A DNA stretch of 64,000 nucleotides from NCBI RefSeq assembly GCF_041956535.1, contig NW_027192221.1, positions 1-64,000 of the forward strand, read 5' to 3'. The position numbers and the translations under genes are program-made. The notes under the pieces were generated by a model. That model had not been told where the DNA came from. It was given only the letters and a program-made list of their open reading frames with translations, and searched no databases. The DNA is from Calcarisporiella thermophila CBS 279.70 (taxonomy: Eukaryota > Fungi > Calcarisporiellomycota). Below are positions 38,702 through 52,157 of the stretch, piece after piece. The first letter of the stretch is position 1, and the number at the start of each line of letters is the position of its first letter.

Positions 38702-41700
38702 ATGACAACGACATCGCCCATCCTAACTCACATCTCAGCTGCTCGACAGCTTCTCTCTCAGCTCCGGCAAAGCGTCGAGCACACACTAGAATCATTAATT
38801 TCTCCAAACGATATCAATCAGCTTAGCGAGAAACGAGAAGAACTGACACGATTGTCAGATGCAATATCACAGGAGTTAACGTGTATCGAAGAGAATGGGC
38901 AGCTTAGTAAGGAAAACGGTGAGTCTGATGGGGGCGATCAGGCAGGGAACATGCTTGAGAAGCAGGAACGATCATCGAATGTACGTATTTTGATTAGCTA
39001 TGTTGAACATTGAGTTAGTCTCACGAGTTTTTTCTACAATCACCAGGATTCACCCGAAAAATCTGCCATAATTATGGGTATCATGGAGAAGGATAATGCC
39101 TCGAACTGGCAATTGACTTCGATTAATCATAAGACTCTTCGATTATACATGTACGACTACTGCACCAAATGCAAGCTGACCTCCACAGCAAATACACTTA
39201 AAGCAGAAGCAAATATACCCACCGATCACGAGGTACCCATAGAAGCACCCGAAGGTTTTCTCTTCGAGTGGTGGACAGTTTTTTGGGATTTGTTCTCAGT
39301 ACGGAACACAAAAGCAGGGAGCAGAGATGCTCAGACTTATTTTGAGGTAATTGGACTCATCGCTTTTTATTTATTTTTGGAAGTATACTAAACCGCTCTA
39401 TTTTTTTAATAGGCGAGTCAACTTCGTGCGCAACGTGAACGAGTTCAACAACAGACGATGCAGCAAAATATGCATCGACTCTTCCTTCAAGCGCAGCAGC
39501 AAATATTACAGCAGCAGCAGCAGCAACAGCAACAGCAGCAACAGCAACAAACTCAACAACAACAGCACCAGGCTCAACAAGAGCAACAGCACCAACAACA
39601 GCCGCCACATCAGCAAGCACAGACACAACCTCGCCAACCGCAGCAGGCTCAGCAGCCGTTAACTCCTCAGATGCAGCAAATACCTCAACCACCACAGCGA
39701 TCCGACAGCGTCTCATCCCAGGGAAGCGCACAGGTTGCCTCCACCCTTCCTGCTCAGGGAAACCCGAATGCATCTCCTGCCTTTTCTCCTCCGTCCATGA
39801 TGTCACGGCCAAACGAACAAGGTACGACGCAGGCTGCTAACGGTGATATAATGCCACACACGATGACAACACCACAAATACCTCAGCAAAATGGCTATAT
39901 GATTAACCCTCAGCTTGCCCAAGCCTTACAGGCCGCCGGATTAGGTGGCCGTGACCCATCAACTCTAACCCCAGAAGAGAATGTAAGTCCTTGGCAAAAG
40001 TGCTAATATTTGGAGTCAAACTTGACAACTTTTTCATATATTAGCAAGCACTCATGAAAAAAATAAATCAACAAAACATGCAGAATATGCAGAATATGCA
40101 AATCCGGCCTGGGTAAGTTCCCTTCGCTAGAATAATATTTATTGTCTAGACTTGACATTTTTTGAAACAATACAGGAGCATGAATCCTCAGCAGTATCAG
40201 CGGTTTATGCAGCAGCAGGCAGCTATACAACGGGCGCAGGCGCAGGCGCTAGCGCAAGCACAATCCCAAACGTCTCCTCATGTTCAAGCTGCTCAGAATT
40301 CCATGTCGCCCAATATTCCAGTAAATAATAACACAAACCACTTGTACCTTCCACACTTAGTTTTAATGTGATCTACTATTTTTAGAAACGCCGTGCCGAC
40401 CTCGTAGCTTCAGATGCAACCGTCTCTCCTCCCGAAGCAAAACGGCAACGCAACAATTCGGGCGGATATTCTGTTGCAATGCCGGGTACCAATAGCCCTG
40501 CCCCAATTCCGCCTAACGGACCCTCAACTCCTGGTGTTCCGATGAGCCCAGGCGTTCCTGGAACTCCTGGCACACCAGGCATGCCACCAAATGCTATGCA
40601 GGCATTCATGGGAGATCGTAAGTATCTTTTTTTTTTACAAGCTCGAGGTCATTTTAATGCCAATATTTAAATTTGCTTCTATTTTATTTTAGCTAATATG
40701 ATGAATGCTTCAAATCAACACATGCTCTCCAAGGGATTCCCTCCGAATATTGCACAACAGGTAATTATCATTATTCTCTGTCTATGGTAATGGATTTGTC
40801 TAACAATTTCCGCAGCAACAATACTTGATGCAACAACAGCTTCACATGAGACGAATGATGATGGCAAACCAACAACGAATGAGCCCGCAGATACAACAAG
40901 CCGCCGGAATAGTTCCAACTAATGCACCGGGCATTCCGGTTATGCCGAATCAGGTTAATGCACAAGCTATTGCTGATTACCAGGCCATGCTTCAACGTCA
41001 TCAGCAACAGCAGCGGCTTCAGCAACAGCAGCACCTCGTTAATATGCAAAGCCCTACAGGAATGCTACCACCTCAACAACAGCAGCATTTACTAATGATG
41101 CAGCAACAAGCCTTGGCATCACAGCAAGGCACAATGGACGGAGGTGGAAATCCACAGTCACCACAGGCAATGCGCGATCGCCAAGGCTCAAATCCTGTTG
41201 TCACGCCCAACGCAAGAATTAATGATGGCAATCAAACTCCAGGTGGTAATGGGATACCCCCTAACTCGGCCGCCCCAAATGAACGGTTAGCTCAAATGGC
41301 TAAGCAGCAAATGATGGCAAGACAACAGCAAGCGCAGCAGTTGATGCAGCAGCAACAGCAACAAATTCTACAGCAGCAACAGCAGATGTTCCAACAGCAG
41401 CAGATGCAACAGATGCAGCATATGCAGCAACAGCAACAGCAACAGCAGCATCAACAGGCTCAGAGACAAGGGCAACAGACAACACGGCAACAAAAGAGTC
41501 CTCCAACGCCACAACAAGGGCACCGAAACTCAATTACTTCCACCCAGAATAGTAGCGGTCAACCTCCGAAAGGCGACCAAATGGATGTGCATCAAGGTGC
41601 AATGGAGAATGGTCCATCTGCTACCTCCACAGCTCAGCAACCTAAGCCTTCCCCTCAAGGAAATGTTAACGCACCCAGGGCACCACATGGGGATGAAAGT

Positions 41701-42978
41701 AATCAGTCAACCGGGGGAGCTGCGATGGCGGCGGCCGGAATGCAAGCTCAAAACAACAATCCTGCACTGCGGCTCTCAACTATCGATGACCTGGATCGGT
41801 TGATGGGCGAAGGCGATTTCTCGGACATGTTTGCAAGTGGAGATGATACCAATGGACTCGGAGACGGTTTAGATTTATTTGGCGGCGGGGGAGGATTTTT
41901 GTCCAATATGACAGGACTGGGTGGCAATGATTTACAGCTGAATACCAGCGGGAGTGAATTGCCACTTCAACTGCACTCTGATCTCTCCGGCCATTCCAAC
42001 AAGGTTAGCGCCTGCGCATTTTCGTATGATGGTCAGTGGCTTGCAAGTGCCGGACTAGACAAAAAAGTTTTGATCTGGTCGGTACAGGAAAAGTCGGTTC
42101 GCTTTACTCTTGAAGGCCACCATTCGCAACAAATTACGGCGGTACGGTTTTCCCCTGATGAACGCTATCTCCTAATTACCGCCTCGCACGATCGAACTAT
42201 TCGTGTTTGGGATCTAGGCGCAGCTATTCGTTCTGGCTCCACAACCGTCAATTGCCTGGCAGTATGCACTGGTAATGCCGAGATCAAGGCTGTGGACTTT
42301 TGCCCAGTAGTGGGCAACGATACTTATTTGTCACTGGACTCGGAAGGTGAGCTCAAGGTTTGGAATGTGAACGCTACCGATTGTGTCAAGACGATCCGCA
42401 TGTCCTCCGTAACGAAGTCCGGATTCCCCGCCAATCCTCTGCGCTTTCATCCACGGTCCAACTCTATTGTTGCGGGGGCATTTGCCACCAATCTTTCGAT
42501 CCTTGACATTAATGCTTGTAAGGATGGAACTATTGCCTCGGACAATCCGAGTACACGCACACTGCCCTCACCCCATCAAAAGAATATTTCGTCGATTGAT
42601 TGGTCCTCGGATGGTGCATTCCTTGTCACGTCCTCAGATGACGTGGTGTGCGTGTGGGAGACAACCCACTACAAGATAGTAAACCAGCATCACCCGCAAG
42701 GGAAGATCAGTAGCTGCGCATTTCTCTCCTCACGACCTGGGGAAGGGCGGGTAGCTTTTGGTGACTATGAAGTAATCTATGTGTGGCAATTTGGTGTGCC
42801 CAATGGTACGGGAGGGGCACAAAATGTTGGAGGGCAGCCTATTCCTGTGCAGCAGGCACAGACGGGTGTAGTAGCAGCACTGGCTTGCGGACCAGCACCT
42901 GGAGAGGAAGGGAGCCTATTGCTGGCAAGCGGGAGCATGGCTAAAACGAATAATATGAAGATTTGGCGGGTCATCTAA
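38702..42978 (+). CDS. LEUNIG-like transcriptional coregulator: LisH/LUFS + Q-rich + WD40, 8 exons
   Basis: LRLYMYDYC..TANTLKAEA..PIEAPEGFLFEWWTVFWDLF (LUFS); polyQ; SPPEAKRQR NLS; WD40 KVSACAFSYDGQWLASAGLDKKVLIW..ITAVRFSP..TASHDRTIRVWD; all seven introns checked in phase. Confidence 0.88.
39490..39600 (+). repeat. CAG/CAA polyglutamine tract in the LUFS-WD40 gene (further tracts ~41320-41460)
   Basis: Mixed CAG/CAA run seen directly. Confidence 0.85.
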
Positions 42979-43567
42979 AGCTTGCTCCCCCATCACTAAG
43001 TTAATCATTATTGCTCATTTGGGTATTTTGTGAGCAGAGAGTGCTAATAGAGCAAAATTTAAAATGTTGTCTTTTTTCTTATATTTTACATAGTTATACT
43101 TTTCTTCTCCTTACTTATCATGAATTTATAATCAATATCTTTATCGTATATATGTTTCTATTTTGATCTCTTCAGGGTGTGTATGAGCCTTTATTATTTT
43201 ATTTTAATTTTTTGTTTTACTATTTCAGCTCTGATTTTTCTCTTTTTTTTGAATTTTTTTCCTTTGAATTTTCTCTTTTATAATATTTTTCTTCTTCGTT
43301 TTAGTTTGTTAGTCTAAAGGGTTTGCAAAAGGTTTATTTTCTTCTCTTTTCTTCCTCTTAATTATTGTTTGTGTGAATAAAATTCATTTTTGTAGATCTC
43401 TCTTTCGATCATAGCTTAAACGTTCTTATAAATTCTCGATCACACCCGCAAAGATAAATTTTATTTTTATAAATTTACAGGTCATAGCTCTCCGTACCTG
43501 CACTATTTCCTGGATTTAGAGATTTTATTTATTTGTATATCTTACAGTTGACCATCACGGACCTAGA

Positions 43568-46500
43568 ATGTCCAAAAGGAGAGCGCAGGAAGATCCTCTC
43601 CCAAACCTCTCAACTACAATATCGGCATTATTTCAATCCATTCAGGAAACGCATGGTTCCTCACATCGTAAATATGCGATCCGATTACGGAAAATACAGG
43701 ATCAGTGTCTTGCTCTCCATGGACATGAGGGTGAGCAAAGATTCCATGAGGAATTAATGCGTTGTATAAACAGGCTATTGGCTGTTCGGAAGGGAGCAAG
43801 TATTGGTGAAAAAGGAATGCGGTTTCTAGGTGGATTTTTGGCATATGGACGAGATAAAGGTATACTTCAATATTGGATATAGAAGTATATATCTAACCGT
43901 TCTAAGTTCTACAGATAGGCAGTGTGCAGAAAAAAATAAGGAAGATGGTGAGGGCGCCGATGATATGCCTTCCGCTCGCACTGTGGAATACATATTACGA
44001 CATCTGCTCAAAGGAGTTCGCGCCAAGGATAAGAATGTGCGCTTTAGAGTGTGTCAACTCATGGCGTTGAGCGTCAATCTGATTGGTGCGATTGAGTAAG
44101 TACATGTTTGCCTATCTTCCCTTAAAATGGATTTGATGTGATGCATTTGTCCATAGCGAGCAACTCTTCCAGGAACTGCAAGCGGCAATAATCGAGAGAA
44201 CACGAGATAAAGAGACATCTATTCGGGTACAATCCGTAATTGCATTATCACGTTTGCAAGAACCAACCGAGAATGCCCTTCAAAATCCTAACAATCCCGC
44301 CTCCCGGTTGATCGACATGCTGCGACACGATCCTAGCGCGGAAGTTCGCCGCACTATTCTTTCACATATAGACGTAATACCCTCCACCATCAGCCACATC
44401 ATTGAACGAACCCAAGACGTAGATCCTTTAACACGCCGTGCTGTCTTCACAAACTCGTTGAGCGAGCTGAGTGATTTCCGCGCTTTAACCATTGGAGAGC
44501 GAGAAAAAGTTTTACGCAATGGATTAATGGATAGAAATGATGGAGTGAAGGAGGCATGTAGGAAATTGGTTGCACATTGGGTGGACCAGACAAATGGGGA
44601 TATTTTAAAAGTATGGATCCTATAATTGTACGCTTTCATAGATATTATTGAAATATTTTTGTCCATTTTTTCAGCTATTGAGCCGGCTAGACGTTACTCA
44701 TAGCGAATCGGCGGAAGGCGTTTTAGTAGCTTTTCTGGATATGAGAGCAGACTATATTGAGGAACTTGAGCTGAACTGTGAGTCTCTGACTAGATGGCGT
44801 AATTTTAGAATCTCATTCGTATTTTTTTTCATACAGCTCACTTCTGGAGTAATCTGACAACTGAAAATGCTTTTTACGTGCGGGTGTTATTTCAATATTT
44901 GAAAGACAAAGGGGTACTGTCTAATTTACGATGCGGTCTATATCGTTGAATGACCTCATTAACATATTTTACATATCAGATGGATGAGAAATTGGATCAG
45001 CTAATGCCAGAAATAACGCGGCTTGCATTTTATATCCAGAAATACAACGACATTGTGCAAAATATTGCCGACAAGGGTGGTGATACTACAGACTCTGAAT
45101 ATGTAATGGGCCAACTCCTATTATTGGCAAAACAGCTCGACTTTTCGGATGAAGTTGGCAGACGAAAAATGTTTTCACTACTTCGTAAAATTCTGCCGTC
45201 ATACCTGGGGTTTAGTGGGCTTTATTTACATTTTGTGTACTTATATATAGGAGAAATCCTCACCCTTCCAACCACAGCCGATGATCATGTTGAGAGTATT
45301 CTAGATATAATGAGACAAATCTCGCTGGACGAAAAGGATTTTACTAGGTAAAATAGAGTTGTTATAATTTGGAAAATTGAAAGTAATAGTGCTTTTTTTT
45401 TACTTTATTTCTCTTGTTTAGACTCATGGTGGAAATCATCTCTGAGATAAATGACACTATAGAAGTTGAACCACCTATGGAGAAAATGGATTGTGCCAAT
45501 CCTAATAAACGCAAAGCGTCCACAGAATTGCAAAGAGGTGATGAATCAGATGATGGTGCGAAATCTGCTCCAGAGGAACTGAAAATCGCCTTGACACAAC
45601 ACAGGTGCCTACTTATTACGCGATATGTATTCGAAAGGAGTGAAGAGGTAAAATAGAGAAAACTGCTTGTAGAAGTGCTTCAATTACTAATGCTGAGGTC
45701 TAGGGTCTAAATGAGAATTCGACCCTCTATGGACTGTTAAATCAACTGGTGATTCCTGCGGTACGCAGCTTTAATCCGGTGATGAGAGAAGAAGGCTTGC
45801 ACTGCTTAGGCTTGTGTTGCTTTCTGGATGAGGCAAGTGAATTTTTTTTTCTGTATCCGTTGTAAATCATCTGATATTTACTGTGGCGTTTGCTAGTCGC
45901 TTGCATTTCAAAATATACAACTCTTTGTATATTGTATTAAAAATGGGCATTTTGAGGTGCAGCTCAAGTGTCTGAAGGTGATACTGCTCTTGACTTTACT
46001 ATTTTTTGGTAATGCAACAACGACCTATTTTCATAATAGATTGTGTTTGACTTAGTTATGGCATATGGCTATAGCACCATGTCAGATAAACTTGAAAATG
46101 TAAAAGTGTATTTAAAGTATAATTTTGATCCGTCTACTTATAGTTTATCCGCATCTAGCCTAATGATATCCGGGATCTTTTTGCCCAAGCTCTCGATCAC
46201 ACGCACCCCTCCATACAATCGTTGACCGTGGAAGGTCTTTCAAAACTTATGCTACTGAAAATGCTGCGAGATGAGGTGCTCCTAGAGAGAATGGTTGTCC
46301 TCTTTTACGACCCCGCAACCATATCCAATCTACAGCTCCGGCAATGCTTATCCTATTTCCTGCCAGTGTACTGCTATTCGGCAGCAGAAAACCAAGCATG
46401 CCTTGCCCAAGTGTTCGTACCAGCTTTCCTCAAAATACTTAAGCAGTGCAAACAGCAAAAGGATGCCACGATAGGAACGCTTCAGATTGCTTCTCAGATG

Positions 46501-47269
46501 GTGGAGTGGACCGACCCCCAAAGGCTGATCAACCTGAACGGAACTAAAGAGGAGATGAACGTGGGATTGCAAGCAGACATCGCCATTGAGATCGTTAAGG
46601 CCATCTTTGTTGAGAAAGGGGGTAAATGTTTTTTTTTTCTCATTGTGTTGGCTCTCGTCGTTCAACCTGCTTACCCAACAAACTATAACTTTGTAGCGCT
46701 CACGAGAAAACTACTCTGCCAAGTATTGAACAGACTCAAGATCGAGGGTGCGGGGACACTGCGCTTGCAAAAACTTATTCTTCTACTACCCCTTAAGCGG
46801 GTAAGGGCGCCCATCTCTTTTAATCGTTTATCCGCGCTACTTACCATGGCTGTTTCTTTAACCATCCCTACTCTTATCTTGTTAGAAAAAACCTGTTGCA
46901 GATTCTGTTGCGCGTAGTGCGTACACCAAGTTTGAGAACCATGTACACAGGCTCTTTACCTCCCAGTATCAGCAGCTACCGAATACCCAGCTGGACGACG
47001 AGTTTGCCGAAAGCGCTGAATTAGAGAGCATTAGGGAATTCGTGTGCTCAGTCTCTTACGAGGATGAAATAGAAGAAGTAGAGGAGACACAGAAGCCAAG
47101 AAGTAGTATATCACGGGATGCAAAACGGAAAGCAAGCGGGAATATGAAGAGGCTCTTTGTAAATCGCACCGTCGAGAGCGATATTGAAACAGACGAAGAA
47201 GAGGAGAGTGAAAGCGAGGCGGAAAGCAATGTAACAAGTGAAACCGGCACCGATACTGAATCCGATTAG
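43568..47269 (+). CDS. YCG1: Condensin non-SMC HEAT subunit (Ycg1/Cnd3/CAP-G), many introns
   Basis: HLLKGVRAKDKNVRFRVCQL, RDKETSIRVQSVIALSRLQ, HDPSAEVRR, LDFSDEVGRRKM, LGLCCFLD, VEGLSKLML, LRQCLSYFLPVYC. Confidence 0.92.
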
Positions 47270-47496
47270 AAACACTACATCTCCATTTTAGAACGTTAGA
47301 CTACGCTTAGTTGTACCTTGCGTGTATTTTTTTTTTTTTCATAACTGTATATTAATGTACCCTCCAGCAATAAATACCATCTTTATCTTTCATAACTCTA
47401 ATTAGAGCTAATTTAGCGGTCACGGAGTCGTGGGAAATTCTCCAGATAATATTTAAGCTGCTATACTCGCGTATCCCCATCTAGTCCAATAAAGCA

Positions 47497-49259
47497 ATGG
47501 CGCTCAGTATCCTTTCTCGTTTCTCCAAGAATCTCGCTCCCTCCATCACTGTGCAAAGTCGTCGTGCATTACTCCTTGGGCAGACGCGTCAATTTACCTC
47601 CCCGATTGATGGTAAGTTCATCCGAATTCATATAATGTTTAGCGGAAAAACTTTATCTCGTGCTATCATTCTTCTCTAGCTTCGATCGGATTAACCGGTA
47701 AGGACTAGGTGTATAATATTTCGATGTAGACTGCTACAAGCATTGTCTTTCACATTAGAGGAGCAAAAGGAGTACCAAAATATAGCACGCTCGTTCGCCG
47801 ACAAAGAATTGGCACCGAGGATGCAAGAGGTTTGATAATGCCCATCCTAATAGTTTGGTCTCAGGTTCTGATGCGTTTTCACTATTCACAGTGGGATGAA
47901 AAGGAGGATATGCCTGTTGATGTCCTTAAGAAGGGGGCAGAGTTAGGCTTCGGCGGAGTCTATTGCAAAGAGGACTTTGGAGGAACGAACCTCTCACGTC
48001 TTGAGACATCCATTATTTTCGAAGCTTTGTCGACAGGCTGTGTATCAACAACTGCATATATCTCCATTCACAAGTAAAATCACAATGCTCTCTAAGCTAT
48101 TATACACGGTTTTTTTTTTAGAATTCCTATATAACCCTAGTTTTTTTTTAGTATGGCCGCATGGATGATCGATACCTTTGGTAACGAGGAACAGCGCGCC
48201 AAATACCTTCCCGATCTTATTGCAATGAATGTAGGTCCTTTTTTATCCTTCCAAAAGCATTAGTTATACCATTCGCTATTTATCCTCAGACCCTAGCTTC
48301 CTACTGTTTGACCGAGCCTGGGGCTGGTAGTGACGCTGCCTCACTCGCAACCACTGCGAAGAAAGTGGGCAAACACTACATTCTTAATGGCTCTAAAGCG
48401 TTTATCTCTGGAGGTGGATTGTCAAATGTGTATTTAGTAATGGCACGTACGGGGCAGGAAGGCCCAAAGGGAATTTCTTGCTTCATTGTTGAGAAGGGTT
48501 TCCCGGGGCTGAGCTTTGGGGCAAAAGAGAAAAAGGTATGAATCTTTGTTTTCTCAAGTGAATTTGTTTTGAAGGCTGATATACTATCTCATCTCGAAAT
48601 AGCTTGGATGGAACTCTCAGCCTACTCGAGGTAAGTTGGCCACCCCAAACAAATGAACGAGCCACATTAATGAAACTTGAACCTAGCTGTAATTATGGAG
48701 GACTGCCAGGTTCCTGAGGAGAATCTGTTAGGAGGAGAAGGCCGAGGCTTCAATATTGCAATGCGAGGATTAAATGGCGGCCGAATCAATATCGGTAGGC
48801 GCAAAATATCTTTCCAACAGCGTCATGTAGATTAAATTATTATTGTGTATAGCTTCATGTTCTCTTGGCGGTGCCCAGGCTTCAATGGAACAAGTACTTG
48901 AGCACGTGCAAGTGCGTAAGCAGTTTGCCAAAACCTTAGCCACTTTCCAGCACACGCAGTTCAAGCTTGCTGACATGGCAACCTCGCTGAATGCATCTCG
49001 ACTAATGGTGCGACAGGCCGCTAGTCTTCTTGACCAAGACTCATCCCTTGCTCCCACTTATTGCGCAATGGCGAAGCTAAAGGCAACCGAGGACTGCTTC
49101 AAAATCTGTGATGATGCGCTGCAATTGTTTGGCGGGTATGGATACTTGAAGGACTTTAAAGTGCAGCAGTATTTGCGCGATAGCCGTGTGCATCGCATTC
49201 TGGAGGGAACAAATGAAGTGATGAGGATCATCACGTCGCGGGCGCTCTTGGCACAGTAA
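47497..49259 (+). CDS. ACAD8: Isobutyryl-CoA dehydrogenase (ACAD8-like), mitochondrial presequence
   Basis: [40 protein letters not shown]-like segment, [75 protein letters not shown]. Confidence 0.92.
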
Positions 49260-49522
49260 TTGCCCAGGGAAACTGCGAGGTTCTTGTATAGAAAATGACT
49301 CCTCTATTTTGAAATAAAGTTTTTCGTCCTGCATGCTCGTTATGGTTTTATGAATTAATTAGAAACCAACACGCTGCTTTTGGGCCGTTTTTTTTTTTTG
49401 GGACTTAACAGCCTTTTAATTGCCTTCACTCGCGCTTTCCGCTTCATACTTTCATTGCCGCTCTTCCATCTCTCTTTCCATTCTAATATTCGCTCTTTCT
49501 ATTTTCCATCCCGTCTTGCAAT

Positions 49523-51513
49523 ATGCCCTTGGTAAGTATATTTCTTTTCTGGATGGCTAGATGGGCTGCTCTGCTAGTGTCTAATCTCGATACAATTCTG
49601 TAGGAATACGCGCTACAGCATAGGTAAGATTCCTCATCCGGAATTTCAGGAGAGAAAATATTTGGAAAATTCGGGAAAAATGAAAGGATGCTATCGCATG
49701 TGTAAGAGCCTACCACATGCAGATATTGCCATATATCAAGATGATTGCTTAGCATGATTAATCTCTTACCCCAATTGTTCTAAAACCACTGGAGAATAAT
49801 AATGGTCTTGCTGACTTGAACTTTCTATGCAATTTGCCTCTATATCTTTCTAAAGAGGTCTGTTTCCCGATCCTGGGCCCTGGAAAGTTCCTCGCGCTAA
49901 ACCCGTTGCCTTGACAAAACCTCTCGGGGTTGAAGCATTACCAAAGCAGCGGTATTACAAGAGTAAACGGACCCCATATGTTCTGAACGTTATGGTTGTC
50001 GGAGAGACCGGCCTTGGCAAAACAACCTTCATGAACACGCTGTTCAATACGGATTTAACCGAGAGTATTTCATCCGAAAATCCTAAGGACACAAAGACTG
50101 TGACCATTCGACCAACATATTATGGTAGGAGCCGATTCCATTTTTTTTTTTCCGCAGTATATAACTGCTAATTGCCAAATAGTAACTCTCCTTCAATGCT
50201 GTTTGAATAGAGCTTCAAGAAGATGATGTTACCCTGAATCTCTGTGTGATTGATACGCCTGGGTTCGGGGACCAACTTAACCGCGAAAATGAGTAATTGA
50301 TGTTTCAATACATTGGCATGGAGCGAATGGAATTATCTTAATAACCTTTATTTAGTCTTGCCCCTATTATCGAATACATTGACGATCAATTCAATGCATT
50401 TCTCAATGCAGAGCGAAGTCCAGATTTCCGCAGAGCCATCCCTGATACTCGAGTGCATGCTGGTCAGTACCAACTCCTCCCTAAATCCATTGTTCTATTC
50501 TTATGCTTATACCCATCTCATTACCCTTAACAGTCCTGTATTTCATCCCTCCGACCGGCCACACGTAACCTAACCGACTTTTTACCTATCATCCGGCTGT
50601 TCCCTAATCTTTTGTTCCCTTTTAGCCTCAAAGACCTTGATATTCTAGCGCTTAAAACTCTTTCCAACAAGTGCAATGTTATCCCGGTTATTGCCAAAGC
50701 GGATACCCTTACCCCCGAAGAAAGAATGACCTTTAAACAGGCGGTAACTTCTTGCTGAATCGATCACATTTTGCACTTAAGCTTTACATTACCATACTTT
50801 TTCTATAGATATTACGCGATGTGGATAAAAATGGTATCAAAATATACCCAACCTCTTACGAAGGAGATCGCGAGACCGTACCGGATCTCGAGAAGCATAT
50901 TCCTTTCACAGTAATTGGAAGTGATTCCCTAATTGAAGTGGATGGCCGTCTGGTTCGTGGGCGACGTTACAGATGGGGTGTAGTCGAGGTTGAGAATCCT
51001 GCCCACTGCGACTTTACTTATCTTCGCGACTTAATTATGACAGCTTGTCTCCATGATCTTATCGAGATGACGCACACTATCCATTACCACGCCTATCGTG
51101 CTGGGGTTTTACGTCCAGCAGGACGCCCGCCCTCCATCCTTAAGTGCGATGAGGAATATGAGACGAGAATTGAAACTGCAATGCTTGCAATGACGACAGA
51201 GATGCAACAGCGCGAAGAGGAAATACGCCAAAAATTCGTACAGAAAGTGCGGGAAAAAGAGGCGAGCTTGCGAGCCCGCGAAGAGGAGTTGCTGCGTAAA
51301 CGACATGCCATGATGCAAGAGCTTGAAGAACAGAAGCGACAATTGGAAGCAGAGGAAAGGGAAATCAATGAGTTGTATCTTGCAAGCCGCAACTCTGTGT
51401 AAGTTGACTAATTAATAATTTGGTCTTTGGTTTTTGGTTTTGTTTGCCTGACTGAAATAATCCGCTTCGATAGGCCGTCTAAAGGAGCAAAAATTTTTGG
51501 CAAAAGTAAGTAG
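49523..51513 (+). CDS. Septin with C-terminal coiled coil; 9-nt and 20-nt leading micro-exons
   Basis: [21 protein letters not shown] (G1), IDTPGFGD (G3), DTRVHA, PVIAKAD (G4), [20 protein letters not shown] (SUE). Confidence 0.93.
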
Positions 51514-52157
51514 GCGACTCTGCGGTAATTGCTGTTCGCTTGGCAATTGAGCCGAATAAGAAGAAAAAAAAAGAAAGCACGATTTTATAACCTTTATACA
51601 GGAATTAATGCTATGAATAATTTTTTAGTTTTTTTTGATGTTGATACTCCTTTTACTACTATTCTAATATAATTCTCGGAGTCATTCCCATTGCTGTGAA
51701 GATGAGTGATTGAAATAGTTTTCCTAAGCCACAATTCACATCCCATCTTAGTCTTTGACGCATATGGTGTTTCTCATTAACTATACGAAAAGGCAGAAAA
51801 CCCGATCACGAGTTGATGCCATCCTTTTGGAATAACTTTTGTTCTTTCATTTATATTCTTTAGTTTCTTGCCCAATTAATTCCCTTATGTCCAACTAAGT
51901 GAGCGTAAATAGAGACGCCAGTGTAAAAATATTATTGTGAACAATCGAAAAAAAAATAATCCATCTTTCCCTCTATAACAATCACATTATTTTTCAACTT
52001 TTCTTCGCAACCTCTCCCTTTCCTATTCTAAAGGCCATTTTCTCTCTGTCCTGAATCGCTTTTCCCGAGCGCCAATTATCGATCAAGTCCAACTCTTCCA
52101 CGATCCCCACATTTTTGTCTCCTTTTTTTCCTACTTATTAATTTGGCGTTATTAACC

